Origin: Octopus vulgaris
Taxonomy: Eukaryota
DNA length: 64,000 nt
Direction: 5' to 3'
Assembly: GCA_951406725.2 (NCBI GenBank)
Contig: OX597828.1
Location: 47,740,001 to 47,804,000, forward strand
Part shown: positions 1-13,425 of the stretch, piece by piece
Layout: every line of letters begins with the position of its first letter
How positions within the stretch are numbered: position 1 is the first letter of the stretch
Notes under the pieces: generated by a model
Told to the model about the DNA's origin: nothing
The model's input: the letters and a program-made list of their open reading frames with translations, nothing else
Database searches by the model: none
Made by a program: the position numbers and the translations under genes

Positions 1-2477
1 AGTGAGGCGGGTGGTGTTGGAGAGGTAAGGGCAAGTGCGGCAACGTGGGCGGGAGCAGGGGAACGAGCCGGGTTGGGAGGTAGGGTCAGGGAAGGAGCTA
101 TGGACCAAAAGGTCTCGAAGGTTGTGGGCTCGTTTGAAAGAGGGGAGGGGTCGGTTAGGGAAGAGGTGTGAAGTGGACGGGTCGGACTGGAGATGACGGA
201 AAGCTCGAAGAATGGTGCGTTGGAGACGTAGGGTCGTGGGGTGGTAAGTGAGGGGAAAAGGGAGGCGGTAGACTACAGGGCGGGTTCGGGGAGAGAGAGC
301 AGATACACGGTCCACGGACCGTGCTCTGGCAAGGGCGGTGTGGATAGTGGTGAGGGGGTATCCACGTAGGGTGAAGTGGTGAGCCATACGTTGAGACTGA
401 GTCTCAAAGTCATGGTCGTCACTACAGAGCCTACGTAGACGGAGGAATTGGGAATAGGGGATGGAAAGCTTGGTGTGTTCTGGGTGGGAGGAAGAGAAGT
501 TGAGGTATGAGTGTGAGCCTGTGTGTTTGTAGTGAATGGAGGTGGTAAGAGTGGAGTGAAGAATGCTAACCGAAATGTCGAGGAAGGAGACAGAGGTGTT
601 GGAGATAGTGGAAGTGAAGTGGAGGGCTGGATGGAAAGATTGGACGAAAGAGAGGAAGGAATCTAGATGTTCGCGGGAGAGTGAGGTGGCACCGATAATG
701 TCGTCAATATAACGACCATATAGTTCAGGAGTGGGACCAGTGAAAATAGAGAATATTTGGGCCTCAACATAGCCAACGAACAGGTTCGCATAGTTGGGGC
801 CCATTCGCGTTCCCATGGCCACTCCCGAGACCTGATGGTAGAACTCGCCCGCGAACGAGAAGCAGTTCAGAGTGAGGACAAGTTCGGCCAGACGAATGAG
901 TGTGGAGGTGTCAGGTACAGGGTTAGAGCGGAGGTCAAGAAAGTGTCGAAGGGCCTGCAGTCCTTCGTGGTGAGGGATAACAGTATAGAGGCTTTGGATG
1001 TCCATAGTGAAAAGGATTTTGGAGGAGCCGGGAGGAAAGGAGAAAGAGTTGAAAAGCCGGAGAGCATGGTTGGTATCGTGGATGTGGGAGGGAAGAGATG
1101 CCACTAGGGGGCAAGGACACGGTCGAGGTATTTAGAGATGAGCTCCGTGGGGCAGTTACAGGCGGAGACGATGGGGCGGCCAGGGTTGTTGGGTTTGTGG
1201 ATTTTGGGGAGGAAGTAAATGGTGGGGGTACGTGGGGTTCGCACAATTAGGTTGGATGCGGTGCGGGGGAGACGGAAGGACGAGATGAGGTCTTGGACAG
1301 TAGAGGATACCGTCTGTTGGTAGCTACGTGTGGGGTTAGAGGGCAGAGGGGAATAGAAGGAGGTGTCATTGAGTTGGCGGAAAGCCTCGGCCCTATAGAG
1401 GTCCGCGCGCCACACCACTACAGCTCCACCCTTGTCAGCCGGTTTGATGATAATGTCAGCGCGCCGTTGGAGGGAACGAAGAGCCAAGAGCTCAGCCGGG
1501 GAGATGTTGAGGCGGCGTTGGCGCCTGGAGAAGTTGAACCGCTCCAATGCACGCTGACAAGCGCCCGCGAAAAGATCCACTGCTAGGATCTGGCCAGGAG
1601 CAGGCGTCCACGGGGATGGTCGGCGGCCCAGGCCAGTGAAGCAGTCGTCCTCTTCGTTGGGTGTGGGTGGCGAGTCGTGGTAATGCGCACCCAACCGGAC
1701 ACGGCGCACAAAGCTGTGGACATCAACTCGCGTCTGGAATTCCTTACAGGATGGAGTGAGGGGGATGAAACGCAGACCCCTACCAAGGACGGAGCGTTCA
1801 GCCGCAGAGAGGGGAAGATCGGGGGGAATGGTAACAACAGACGGAAGTGGAGAAGGGGTGGGTGGAATAGAAGTAGGAGGGGTGGTAGGTCTCGTGGAGG
1901 TCTGAGGGGGAGGGATTGGGGAGGTGTGTTGGGGGTGGTTGGGCGGGGCAGTAGGGTTAGGTGTAGGTGGATGGAGCCTAACGGGAGGGGAGAAGGGGTT
2001 GTAGGGAGGGGCAGTGGGGTTAGGTGTGGGTGGATGGAGCCTATCGGGAGGGGAGAAGGGTGGTGGAGGAGTTGGGGTAGTGGCGTCGGGTAGGGTGGAA
2101 TGGAAGAGTGATTGGAGTTTACGAAGTTTGGTATCAGAAAGAAATTGATGGAAGAGTTGATTCAAATGGATAATGAAGCGTAGCGTGTTTGGAGCATAGA
2201 GAGGCGGCAGAGAGGAGAAGAAGGTGGAGAAAGCAGGAGGAAGAAGGCGGTTGATGGCATGTAGTTTGGAGAGATTGGAGCGAATGGTGGCCCGCATAAG
2301 GCGGTAAGATGTGGTGCGGAGTATGGGTAAGATGGAAGAATCCGAGTGGAGAGCAGGGTGGAAGTAGAGGCGGAAACCTTTAGGGATGAGTCGGTGATGT
2401 AGGCAGCGGCTTAGGAAAGAGACATGGCTAGAGAAGCGGGTTTTTTTAAAAAGAAGTAGAGAGAGATTAACGGACGG
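1..2477 (-). mobile_element. Penelope-like element (PLE, Neptune-like) RT ORF, 5'-truncated, one frameshift at ~1107-1111, runs off the window before the GIY-YIG domain
   Basis: Frame 1 (2477-1104): FLSRCLHHRLIPKGF, IIIKPADKGGAVVVW, YFLPKIHKPNNPGRPIVS. After a frameshift at a G5 run the frame stays open to base 1: LFTMDIQSLYT, GVAMGTRMGPNYANLF, YGRYIDD, SFLDI, SIPYSQFLRLRRLCS, then CSRPRCRTC (Cys-rich linker typical of Neptune-clade PLEs). Proline-rich 60-bp tandem repeat at ~1945-2065. Confidence 0.93.
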
Positions 2478-2479
2478 CT

Positions 2480-2499
<20 letters not shown>

Positions 2500-2510
<11 letters not shown>

Positions 2511-2810
2511 CTCCCCTAATTTCGCTCTTGCGTCTCACGTTTGATCTTTGACTTCTGGCAGAAATCAGATCGCCATGTTGATTCGCTAGCCTCTGCACGC
2601 ATTTTTTTTTCTCTCCTTCTTTCTGCGTTTCTTTTCTGTGTATCTTTCTGTTGAAGAGCGTAGGCTCGAAACGTTAAAGACTTGTTTTATTTATATTTCC
2701 TGAGCGCCATACTAATACAATTGTTTGTTTGTATCCACCTGCCTTCGTCCTTTGTTTATTTCCGTAAACCTGCCTTCGTCTTTTGTCTATTTTCATAAAG
2801 CTTCCCGTTA
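2500..2810 (+). mobile_element. PLE terminal-repeat (pLTR)-like module, family H1, inverted relative to the adjacent PLE ORF
   Basis: (TA)n-flanked module; the same sequence recurs at 24850-25030(-), 32060-32250(+), 56395-56590(-) and 60180-60320(-); contains a hammerhead motif. Confidence 0.7.
2643..2680 (+). ncRNA. Minimal hammerhead ribozyme variant (H1)
   Basis: TCTTT-CTGTTGA-A-GAGC(gtag)GCTC-GAAA-C-GTT-AAAGA: stem I 5 bp, stem II 4 bp, palindromic ACGT stem III. Confidence 0.65.
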
Positions 2811-3082
2811 TATATATATGTATATATATATATATAATATTAGGGAATAAATCCAAACTTACAGGGAAAAATTAGATTTAGAATTAAATCCAATTTTATA
2901 GTATAAATATATTATATTATATTATATTAAATTAGAGATAAAACCACCATTAGGCAAATCAAACAGTGAAAAACATAAGCCAATACATAAAATTAATTTT
3001 AAAATAAAAAAGTTAAAAATTAAAAAATTATTTAAATAAATTAAACTTATAAATTTTAAATATATATATATACAAATATATA

Positions 3083-3118
<36 letters not shown>

Positions 3119-3296
3119 TACATATATAAAATACGATAGTAGTAAATGATTAGTAGGAGTATTTTATTGTACAAGAAAATGAAGTATATTTGTGTTTAAT
3201 AAATTATGCCATATTTTTATCATAATAATAGTTTTGAAGTGTTTTAACGCTCTTAAGATTCTGTCTCCATGATGCAGCGTCAATTATTTAACCAGT

Positions 3297-3500
3297 TATT
3301 CTTTTACTCGTTCCAGTCATTTGACTGCGGCCATGCTGGAGCATCGCCTTTTGCCGAATAAAATCGACCCCAGGACTTATCGTTTGTAAGCCTAAGTACT
3401 TACTGCATCAGTCTCTTTTGCCAAACCGCTAAGTGATGGGGACGTAAACTCACCAACATTGGTTGTCAAGCGATGGTGGGGGACAAACACAGACACAAAT
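3297..3500 (-). mobile_element. SINE family A, 3' half
   Basis: Matches the 3' half of the full copy at 9984-10412. Confidence 0.8.
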
Positions 3501-3649
3501 AACAAATACATACATACATACATACAAACAATGTATTCAGATTATATTTTAGTTAAATGTAATCAAAATAAAGTTAATGACTTTTAGATGAGCTTCAACT
3601 ATTTTCCCGAATGGGTTAAAGTTCTCTCTGCAGGATGAACCAAAGAGAA

Positions 3650-3690
3650 GTTCAACTAGTTTCAACTGGTTATGGCCAATTCATCAGAAC
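3650..3690 (-). ncRNA. Degenerate minimal hammerhead motif
   Basis: Minus strand gtt-CTGATGA-ATTGG(ccataa)CCAGT-T-GAAA-CTAG-TT-gaac; palindromic AACTAGTT stem III; stem I register imperfect. Confidence 0.4.
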
Positions 3691-3762
3691 GTCTTCGTCG
3701 GTTGTTCTAAAGTGTGAGACAGGAAAAACAAGTTACAAATCATTGAAAAGTATTATAAGAAA

Positions 3763-4085
3763 CTAGCAGTATCGCCCGGCGTTGTTCGGGTTTGTAAGGG
3801 AAATGACTATAAAGCATTTTTAGAGAGTTATAGCCAAAAAATCGCAAAAAATGCATTAAAAATGGAAAAAAAATATGGTAAATTTTTTTTTAAATCGTTG
3901 ACTCATCGTAGACATTTTTAGAGAGTTACTTCCCTTATATTTAAAAAAATATGCATTAAAATGGAAAAAATGATGGTAAATTATTTTTTAAATCGTAGAC
4001 TCATCGTAGACGCGCGCTAATACCCAGAAGTTAGGAATCTAAATCGGAGTAGACAGATACACAACCTTTCTTTTATATATAAAGA
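3763..4085 (-). mobile_element. Non-autonomous Helitron
   Basis: Minus strand starts a|TCTTTATATATAAAAG and ends with hairpin CCCGAACAACGCCGGG followed by CTAG|t; inserted between A and T, no TSD; internal ~100-bp tandem duplication. Confidence 0.75.
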
Positions 4086-4190
4086 TTGCCATCGATTTTA
4101 GTCATTTGCATATCAACACATTTGTTGGTGGTGCGTATTCATTAAGTCCAGGGACAACAAGTGTATGGATGCATTGAAAATAAATTTATA

Positions 4191-4431
4191 TTCTTTTCTT
4201 TTTATTCTTTTATTCTTTTATTTGTTTCAGCCATTTGACTGTGGCCATGCTGGAGCACCGCCTTTAGTCGAGCAAATCGACCCCAGGACTTATTCTTTGT
4301 AAGCCTAGTACTTATTCTATCGGTCTCTCTTGCCAAACCGCTAAGTGACGGGGACGTAAACAAACCAGCATCGGTTGTCATGGGATGCTGGGGGACAAAC
4401 ACAAACACACAAACATACACACACACACACA

Positions 4432-4491
<60 letters not shown>

Positions 4492-4654
4492 GACTGGCTT
4501 CTTTCAGTTTCCGTCCACCAAATCCACTCACAAGGCTTTGGTCGGCCCGAGGTTATAGTAGAAGACACTTGCCCAAGATGCCACGCAGTGGGACTGAACC
4601 CGGAACAATGTGGTTGGTAAGCAAGCTACTTACCACACAGCCACTCCCCCGCCT
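4191..4654 (-). mobile_element. tRNA-derived SINE family A, full length
   Basis: Head with A box TGGCTGTGTGG and B box GGTTCAGTCCC, internal (TA)n/(TG)n, tail (TAAAAGA)n. Confidence 0.9.
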
Positions 4655-4838
4655 ATATGAACACATTAAATAAACTTATGTGAATTAATGTACGCCACCA
4701 ATCAATGTATTTCTATGCAAATGAAAATAATCGATGACTATTATTCGAAGCATTTTATATGAATCGTTATAGAATATTTTCTCTCGGTTTGTTGCAAGAA
4801 TTGATCGTTCTGATTATTATCATCGTAATCAACATCAA

Positions 4839-4881
<43 letters not shown>

Positions 4882-4963
4882 TATATTACTATCATTATTA
4901 TCATTGTTTTAATTTTTATTATTATTATCATTATTATTTTTTTCTGTTATTATCATCATTAGC

Positions 4964-5298
4964 GAAGGCGCATGGCTTAGTGGTTAGAGCGTCGTGCTTA
5001 CGATCGTATAGTTGTGAGTTCGTATCCCGGATTGAGCTGCGTGTTGTGTTCTTGAGCAAGACACTTTATTTTACGTTGCTCCACTTCACTCAGCTGTAGA
5101 AATGAGTTGCGACGTCACAGGTGCCAAGCTGTATCGGCCTCTTTGTCTTTCCCTTGGATAACATCGGTGGCAGGGAGAGGGGAGGCCGGTATGCATGGAT
5201 GACTGCTGGTCTTCCATAAACAAGCTTGCCCGGACTTGTGCCTGGGAGGATAACTTTTTAGGTGCAATCCCATGGTCAGTCATGACCGAAGGGGGTTT
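4964..5298 (+). mobile_element. tRNA-derived SINE family B with CORE-like domain
   Basis: GGCGCATGGCTTAGTGGTTAGAGCG...GAGTTCGTATCCC head, then TGTGTTCTTGAGCAAGACACTTTA...CAGCTGTAGAAATGAG (MIR/CORE-like). Confidence 0.85.
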
Positions 5299-5302
5299 CA
5301 TC

Positions 5303-5359
<57 letters not shown>

Positions 5360-5492
5360 GCTTAAGCTGGCTCTGTCATTCACACGTGCCATCCTTGCTA
5401 CATTCACCCATATTTTTTTGAAACATTCACTAGAGAAAACTTCCCTCTCTACTCTCACCTTCCTCTTCAAGTGATACTTGAAGAAGTTGATG

Positions 5493-5582
<90 letters not shown>

Positions 5583-5687
5583 AGTCTGGAGTCGATTTGC
5601 TCAATTAAAGGCGGCGCTCCAGCATGGCCGCAGTCAAATGACTGAAACAGGTAAAAGAGTAAAAGAGTAACATATATATATATATAT

Positions 5688-6090
5688 ATCGTGAATTATA
5701 TTTGCCATATATATATATATATATCGTGAATTATATTTGCCACTTAAATGTGGCTAACCACTAAGGGTGGATGCTACTGTAGCTTGTAGTCTCAGGAAGA
5801 CACCTCCTCCAGCTAGCTATTGGCACACTTTCTGTGCCCTATCAGAGTTTGCAAAGGGAAGCCATCCTTCCCGTCTTCAACCTATGATACACACGGACTC
5901 GAGTTTTTGGCTATTGATCCGTCATCAGCGTGTGACAATCAACGGTTGTCGATGAAAAGTCACTGGGAAAAGGATATATATTTGCAAAGGGAGGCCTGCT
6001 TTTCATCGACAACTCGTGATATAAGTGGCAAATATACTTCACGATATCGTGCAGCTACTGTTTATACCTCGCTCAGAGATTTATTATTGC
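5688..6090 (-). mobile_element. Hammerhead-bearing module family H2 with inverted partial copy (~6025-6090)
   Basis: Homologous to 26680-26930 and 27705-27990; hammerhead at 5890-5934 (GAAA mutated to AAAA, palindromic CTCGAG stem III). Confidence 0.7.
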
Positions 6091-6091
6091 T

Positions 6092-6177
<86 letters not shown>

Positions 6178-6181
6178 CGTG

Positions 6182-6236
<55 letters not shown>

Positions 6237-6485
6237 CTATGTATCCTTAAATCCTTAAGAATGTTTCAGCCCGAAGGCTGCGGCCATGCTGGGGCACCAC
6301 CTATATTGATGTTTTTTTTTTTTATTATCAATTATAATAAATGCAATTTGACATTAATCTGAAGGTGTTATTCGATACTTTTGTAGAGTCAAAAATTTAT
6401 TATTCTTAAACAAGTCCGTTGATAGCTTAGGTGGCCGAAACTTCGAAGTCACTTTCAAAAATATTCTTGTTTAAAAACTATGCAT

Positions 6486-6521
<36 letters not shown>

Positions 6522-6582
6522 AAGGCAGTGTTCCAGTATGGCCGCAATCAAATGACTAAAACGAGTAAAAGAATAGAAGAAT

Positions 6583-6646
<64 letters not shown>

Positions 6647-6661
6647 GTGTATATATATATG

Positions 6662-6718
<57 letters not shown>

Positions 6719-6723
6719 ATATA

Positions 6724-6804
<81 letters not shown>

Positions 6805-6877
6805 GTACTTTATCCGCACCTCTCTCTGGGTATTCCTCTTTCTCACTCACGTTGTTTTTTGTTGTTTTCTTTCTATT

Positions 6878-6921
6878 TCTCTTTTTCCTGATGCAGGACA
6901 AAAGTTCGAAACGTTAAGAGT
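6878..6921 (+). ncRNA. Degenerate minimal hammerhead motif
   Basis: CTGATGC-A-GGAC(aaaa)GTTC-GAAA-CGTT-AAGAG, next to a (TA)n array. Confidence 0.4.
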
Positions 6922-7153
6922 CATTCCCGTTCCGTATACATAACTCTTATTATTCATAATCTGTGAACTAAGCCTAATAAGTTTCCATTTCCCAGTACAG
7001 ACCAAAACGGATTCCCTTGATATTTCACAGAAAAATTCTAATTTGAATTTCACAGTCCACTGGATCTCCCGCCCTCTCTTCTCTCTCCTGCTTTCTCTCT
7101 CACTCTCTCTCTTTGTTTCTCTGTCTCTCTTTGTCTCTGTCTCTCTCTGTCTG

Positions 7154-7238
<85 letters not shown>

Positions 7239-7340
7239 GTGTCTTTCTCTCTCCCACTATTTTTCGTTGATATATATATAGATATGTATGTATATATGTA
7301 TGTATATATGTCTGCGTATATGTCTGCGTGTATATACAGT

Positions 7341-7371
<31 letters not shown>

Positions 7372-7628
7372 AAATGTACTATAGAAATAGAGATATACAT
7401 ATCTATAGAGATTATAATATGTGCATGTTTGTATCTGTATGTTTCTATGTACGCACGCACATTTTTATATGTAAGCACACAATCAGCAGTCCCGTTTTTA
7501 ATGGGATAAAAACAGGAAGAAGTCTGAGATTCGATTACCGAGTGGAGGGGGGTGCTGACCGCTCTCAACTCACAACAAACCAACCCACCCAAAACCATAT
7601 TATATCCAACACCCCGATCACACATATA

Positions 7629-7665
<37 letters not shown>

Positions 7666-7721
7666 AAAGGCTCGCAATAAATGGATAGACTACAAAATTG
7701 AACCATATCCCATATATGCAT

Positions 7722-7827
<106 letters not shown>

Positions 7828-7851
7828 TACATACGTATATATACACATCTA

Positions 7852-7890
<39 letters not shown>

Positions 7891-8055
7891 AAATATATGC
7901 CTCCATATATACATACACATATATGTATGTTCAATATATAACATATATGTATTTCGTGGTGTATCATCATACACGCAAACACATGTGCGTATATGTGTTT
8001 GACTCTGTGTGTGTGTGTGTGTGTGTGTATTGTACATATACATATATATACATAC

Positions 8056-8132
<77 letters not shown>

Positions 8133-8564
8133 TATGTATATATACATACATGTGTGTGTGTATTTTCATTTGATTATATACGTTGTTTTGTCTTTTATTC
8201 GTGTGTAGTAGATTACCGTTTCCATAGAATTCTGACGCCAACCTGACATTCCACTCTCTCCTAACGTTATATAATCGCTAAATTCTATCAAAGCACCTTT
8301 TGATTTCTTACCCAATAGTTCAGGGGTGAGTGGCATGGTGGGTAATTGGCAAAACAACCATAAAATGGTGACATAGCATAGCAGATTATTTCGGTTTATC
8401 CACATAATCTCTTAATGTTGTTGTTGTTGTTGCTGTTGTTGTTGTTGTTGTTATTATTGTGGAGGGTGCTATAATTCCTGTGGGTGGCGGTAAGGTCGTT
8501 TTTTTCCCGTTATTGCTAGGGTAGTTGTGTTTATTGATCTTATTCTTGTTCTTGTTCTTGTTGT

Positions 8565-8642
8565 TGATGATGATAATGATGATGATGATGATGGTGGTGA
8601 TGATGATAATGATGATGATAATGGCGATGATGATGATGACGT

Positions 8643-8694
<52 letters not shown>

Positions 8695-8729
8695 AATGGC
8701 GATGATGATGATGATGACGATGATGATGG

Positions 8730-8793
<64 letters not shown>

Positions 8794-8804
8794 AATGGCG
8801 ATGA

Positions 8805-8835
<31 letters not shown>

Positions 8836-8836
8836 G

Positions 8837-8868
<32 letters not shown>

Positions 8869-9310
8869 GATGATGATGATGACGATGAAGGTGATGACGT
8901 TGATGATGATGACGTTGATGATGATGATAAGGAGGAAGAGGATGTCGTTGTTGTTGACAATTTGTTGTTTGTGTAGTAACTGTTGTTGTTGCCGATTTTG
9001 TTGTTTTTCCTCTCATTTGTGGCCGTTCTTTTTACTGTTGCTGCTCTTCTTCTTCTTCTTCTTCTTCTTCTTCTTCTTCTTCTTCTTCTTCTTCTTCTTC
9101 TTCTTCTTCTCATCATCATTATTATTATTATTATTTTCCTCCCACTCCTCCTCCTCCTTCTTCTTCTTCGTCTTGTTCTTCTTACACCTCCTCCTTCTCC
9201 TCCTCCTCCTCCTTCTTCTTCGTCTTGTTCTTCTTACACCTCCTCCTTCTCTTCCTCCTCCTCCTCCTCCTCCTCCTTCTTCTTCTTCTTCTTCTTCTTC
9301 TTCGTCTTCG
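8565..9310. repeat. Compound (GAT)n / (CTT)n / (CCT)n microsatellite
   Basis: Visible directly; source of the poly-D/M/S/H ORFs. Confidence 0.95.
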
Positions 9311-9540
9311 TATTCTCCATAATGGCGGCTTGTGCTCATAAATCGCAAGAAATGATACCGTATAAAGATATGCAACAATGACTTAAGGACATAACAGCTT
9401 AAATTCTGACATTATTTTGAAGGACTTTCTGCATTAATGCAAACCTGTAAGTAACTGATTTATTATTAAATGTAATAATATAAATTATTTACATGTTTTT
9501 AAGTCACAAAACTATTTATCGTGATATTAGAATATTCTTA

Positions 9541-9924
9541 TTCTCTTTCACTTGTTTCAGTCATTTGACTGCGGCCATGCTGGAGCACCGCCTTTAGTCG
9601 AGCAAATCGACCCCAGGACTTATTCTTTCTAAGCCTAGTACTTATTCTATCGGTCTCTTTTGCCGAACCGCTAAGTTACGGGGACGTAAGCACACCAGCA
9701 TCGGTTGTCAAGATACACAAACTTATACACACACATACACATAAGTATATACATATATACGACAGGCTTCTTTTCCGTTTCCGTCTACCAAATCCACTCA
9801 CAAGGCTTTGGTCGGCCCGAGGCTATAGTAGAAGACACTTGCCCAAGGTGCAACGCAGTGGGATTGAACCCGGAACCATGTGGTTGGTAAGCAAGCTACT
9901 TACCACACATCCACTCCTACGCCT
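9541..9924 (-). mobile_element. SINE family A
   Basis: Near full-length reverse copy. Confidence 0.9.
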
Positions 9925-9983
9925 AATAAAATTTCATCAAACTGTTTCTCTGCCATTTATGACTTTATAAATATAAATATACT

Positions 9984-10155
9984 AGGCGCAGGAGTGGCTC
10001 TGTGGTAAGTAGCTTGCTTACCAACCACATGGTTCCGGGTTCAGATCCACTGCATGGCATCTTGGGCAAGTGTCTTCTGCTATAGCCCCGGGCCGACCAA
10101 TGCCTTGTGAGTGGATTTGGTAGACGGAAACTGAAAGAAGCCTGTCGTATATATG

Positions 10156-10219
<64 letters not shown>

Positions 10220-10412
10220 TCCCCCTAGCATTGCTTGACAACCGATGCTGGTGTGTTTACGTCCCCGTCACTTAGCGGTTCGGCAAAAGAGACCGATAGA
10301 ATAAGTACTGGGCTTACAAAGAATAAGTCCCGGGGTCGAGTTGTATGATTAAAGGCGGTGCTCCAGCATGGCTGCAGTCAAATGACTGAAACAAATAAAA
10401 GAGTAAAAGAGT
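9984..10412 (+). mobile_element. SINE family A, full length
   Basis: AGGCGCAGGAGTGGCTCTGTGGTAAG...GGTTCAGATCC head; ends ATGACTGAAACAAATAAAAGAGTAAAAGAG. Confidence 0.9.
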
Positions 10413-10977
10413 AGCTTAAATGCCACATTCTGTGCACACTTCTAAGCTAGCTCCTGCTAAGCTAGCCCAAAAGCTGAAGAGAACAATAATAATAAAACAT
10501 TTATCGGTAGGCTACGATCTTAGATTTATATCACAGAGTATCACACTTGGAGAATTTTGTATCACTGAGACTTTTGGAAATCACTGTAAAGCAGTAGGAA
10601 GAACAACATTCCTGGTTGACAGACTGACAGTCGTGTTTATTATTGTAGGAAATGGAGGGCATTGTCAAAAAGTTTTAGTATAAAATTCGAAAAGCTTTCG
10701 TCGAGCTTTGTGACCCAGAGTGTTGCGTTTATTATTATAGATAAAGAGAGGTAACTCTTGTAAACCGTTTGAAACCTTTCACGGTCGCTTTGCCTGCTAG
10801 AAATAGCAGCTCAAATGCTCTTACATCAGATTCCAATGCTGGAGGTTCAAAAACCAAATGAAGGGCAGGCTTTCAATCCCAGGATCATCCTGATTCGAAA
10901 AAAGTATAACATGTCTATGTAGAGCAAATGTAGATTGGGATACAGGGGTACCGGACAGACAGAATTTCATTTTTATG

Positions 10978-11025
<48 letters not shown>

Positions 11026-11429
11026 CGTACATACATACATACATACATACATACTTACATAAAACTTGGGAATGGATGCGTTGCGTTCGATCATACAGTA
11101 ATATAAATAATATATAAATATATGCATATATACATTCGTATATGTACATGCCTACATATACATTGTATATATACATGCATATATGAGTACAGGACGTTAA
11201 AAAACGTAGACAAAATGAGAAACGAGAACATAAAAAACTGTGCTGAAGGGTTTTAGACGAACAAGTTGACTCTAGCACGTATTTTTTAAAGCCTCGTAAA
11301 AATTTTATCTGTTTCTTTTTATATAAGTATGTGTATGTGTATTTATATATGTAGGTGTATACATACATACATACTTTCAGCGAATTAGACAAAATAAAGG
11401 CAGTACCTTGTTAAATACAAGTTATATTA

Positions 11430-12470
11430 TTTAAGACGATGTTGGTCCTCTTTTGGTATCAATCACAGCCTTTTTAATATGTCCGAGCATTGACTCGCAC
11501 ATTTATTTACAAGAACTGACTGTGCGCCAATCTTCAAGTAAAGCTGTTTTATCTCGTTCAATTACAATACCAGAGGGAAGCAGTTCCTCATTAGCTGCTC
11601 CAAAATCCACCAGAAATGCCCGATTATATTGAGATTCAGTGATTGTGGGAAATCAACTTAAGGGAGATTCTTCGCTTTTTTGTTCATTGTAACAATTTTG
11701 AAGAATATTAGCACTGTGAATCGACACATTGTCATCCTGGAAGATAGCACTACCAAAAGGAGAAAACGTTTGTAGCATAGAGTGGGTATGATCAGCCAAA
11801 ATACTCAGATAACTCTTAGCGTTATCTCTGCGATGTAGAACAACTAAAACGTTAAGAGAATTTCATGATATGGCGGCCCATATCATTACAGAATCACTAC
11901 CATTCTCCACGGCAACGGCCAAACAGTCATGGTTGAAGGGTTCTTTGTGTTGTCCCCAGACATAAACTCATCCCAAATTGGGGAATAGGGTGATAGAGGA
12001 TTCATCAGAAAAGATGACAATGTTTCATGGAGCCACTGACCACTTTTCCAATATGCCAATTTTCCGCTTATTAATGTTCTTGATAGGAGAGGTTTAGCAA
12101 TTGCTGCTCAACTCCTACCATGGTATCCAACATTTTGGAGCTCAAGACGAGCGGTTTTGCTTGGCACGGAGTCGACAAGGTAATTCTTTAGACCTGCTGC
12201 TACGTTTGCAGCCGTTTTTCGATGAATCTTAGACTCAAAATGTTTCACTGCTCTGCGGTCCTTTCTTGTGAACTTTACCTTCTGTCCAAAATTATGCTTG
12301 CCAGAGATGGTTTTTACCTTGGTTTCGGAATTCCTGCCAACAGGACTTTGAAGATTGTATCTCTGGAAACAAGAAAAAAAAAGTCAGCAGTTAAAGCGAC
12401 TGAATCTCCAGCCATCCGCGCCCAACAATTTTCCCTCTTCGAAAATCAGATAGGTCATATATTTTAACTT
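11430..12470 (-). pseudogene. Tc1-like (DD34E) transposase relic
   Basis: Minus-strand translation gives VIFSDES (~12000-12018), SVMIWAAIS, AIFQDDNVSIH (~11720-11750) and FPQSLNLNIIGHFWWILE (degenerate SPDLNPIE), with stops and frameshifts. Confidence 0.75.
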
Positions 12471-12567
12471 ATTGAAATGTAAATATCTGCACGCAAAGAA
12501 AAAATACAGAGGGATATACTATGAAGTACAAGGAATACAAATTGTATATGAAACATGTGTACTGACT

Positions 12568-12728
12568 AGGCGCAGGTTTGGCTGCGTGGTAAGAAGCTTG
12601 CTTCCCAACTACATGGATCCGGGTTCAGTCCGCTGCGTGGCACCTTAGGCAAATGTCTTCTACTATAACCACGGGCTGATTAAAGCCTTATGAGAGAATG
12701 TAGTAGAGGGAAATTGAAAGAAACCTGT

Positions 12729-12790
<62 letters not shown>

Positions 12791-13425
12791 TGTATGTATG
12801 TATGTATGTATGTATGTATTTATGTGTGTTTCTTTGTGTCTGTGTTTGTCACCATCACCATCGCTTGACAACCGATGTTAGTGTGTTTACGTACCCGTAA
12901 CTCAGCGGTTCGGCAAAAGACACCCGTAGTATAAGTACCAGGCTTACAAAGAATAAATCCTGGGTGTCGATAAAAGAAAGGATAAAAGAAAGAAAAAACT
13001 GGAACAGTTTTGAGTTTATAATATTCTTTTCTAATCTAGACACAAGGCCCGAAATTTTGGCGGAAGGGTGCCAGTCGATTAAATCCACCCGAGTACGCAA
13101 CTGGTACTTAATTTATCGACCCCGAAAGGATAAAAGGTAAAGTCGACCTCGGCGGAATTTGAACTCAGAATGTAAAGGCTGACAAAATACCTATTTCTTT
13201 ACTACCTACAAGGGGCTAAACACAGAGAGGACAAACAAGGACAGATAAACGGATTAAGTCGATTATATCGACCCCAGTGCGTAACTTAGCGGTTCGGCAA
13301 AAGAGACCGATAGAATAAGTACTAGGCTTACAAAGAATAAGTCCTGGGGTCGATTTGCTCGACTAAAGGCGGTGCTCCAGCATGGCCACCGTCAAATGAC
13401 TGAATCAAGTAAAAGAGTAAAAGAA
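12568..13425 (+). mobile_element. SINE A copy (12568-12970), inverted SINE C (13030-13280) and a further SINE A 3' end (13281-13425)
   Basis: Identity to other family A and C copies in the window. Confidence 0.8.

Noticed and set aside
757-2093. Plus-strand ORFs over the PLE
   Set aside because: Antisense shadows of the RT ORF.
2840-3060. Very AT-rich stretch as a NUMT
   Set aside because: No recognisable mitochondrial gene or rRNA motif; TA-flanked like other repeat fragments.
4964-5040. SINE heads (families A-D) as tRNA genes
   Set aside because: No closed acceptor stem; they continue into multi-copy SINE bodies.
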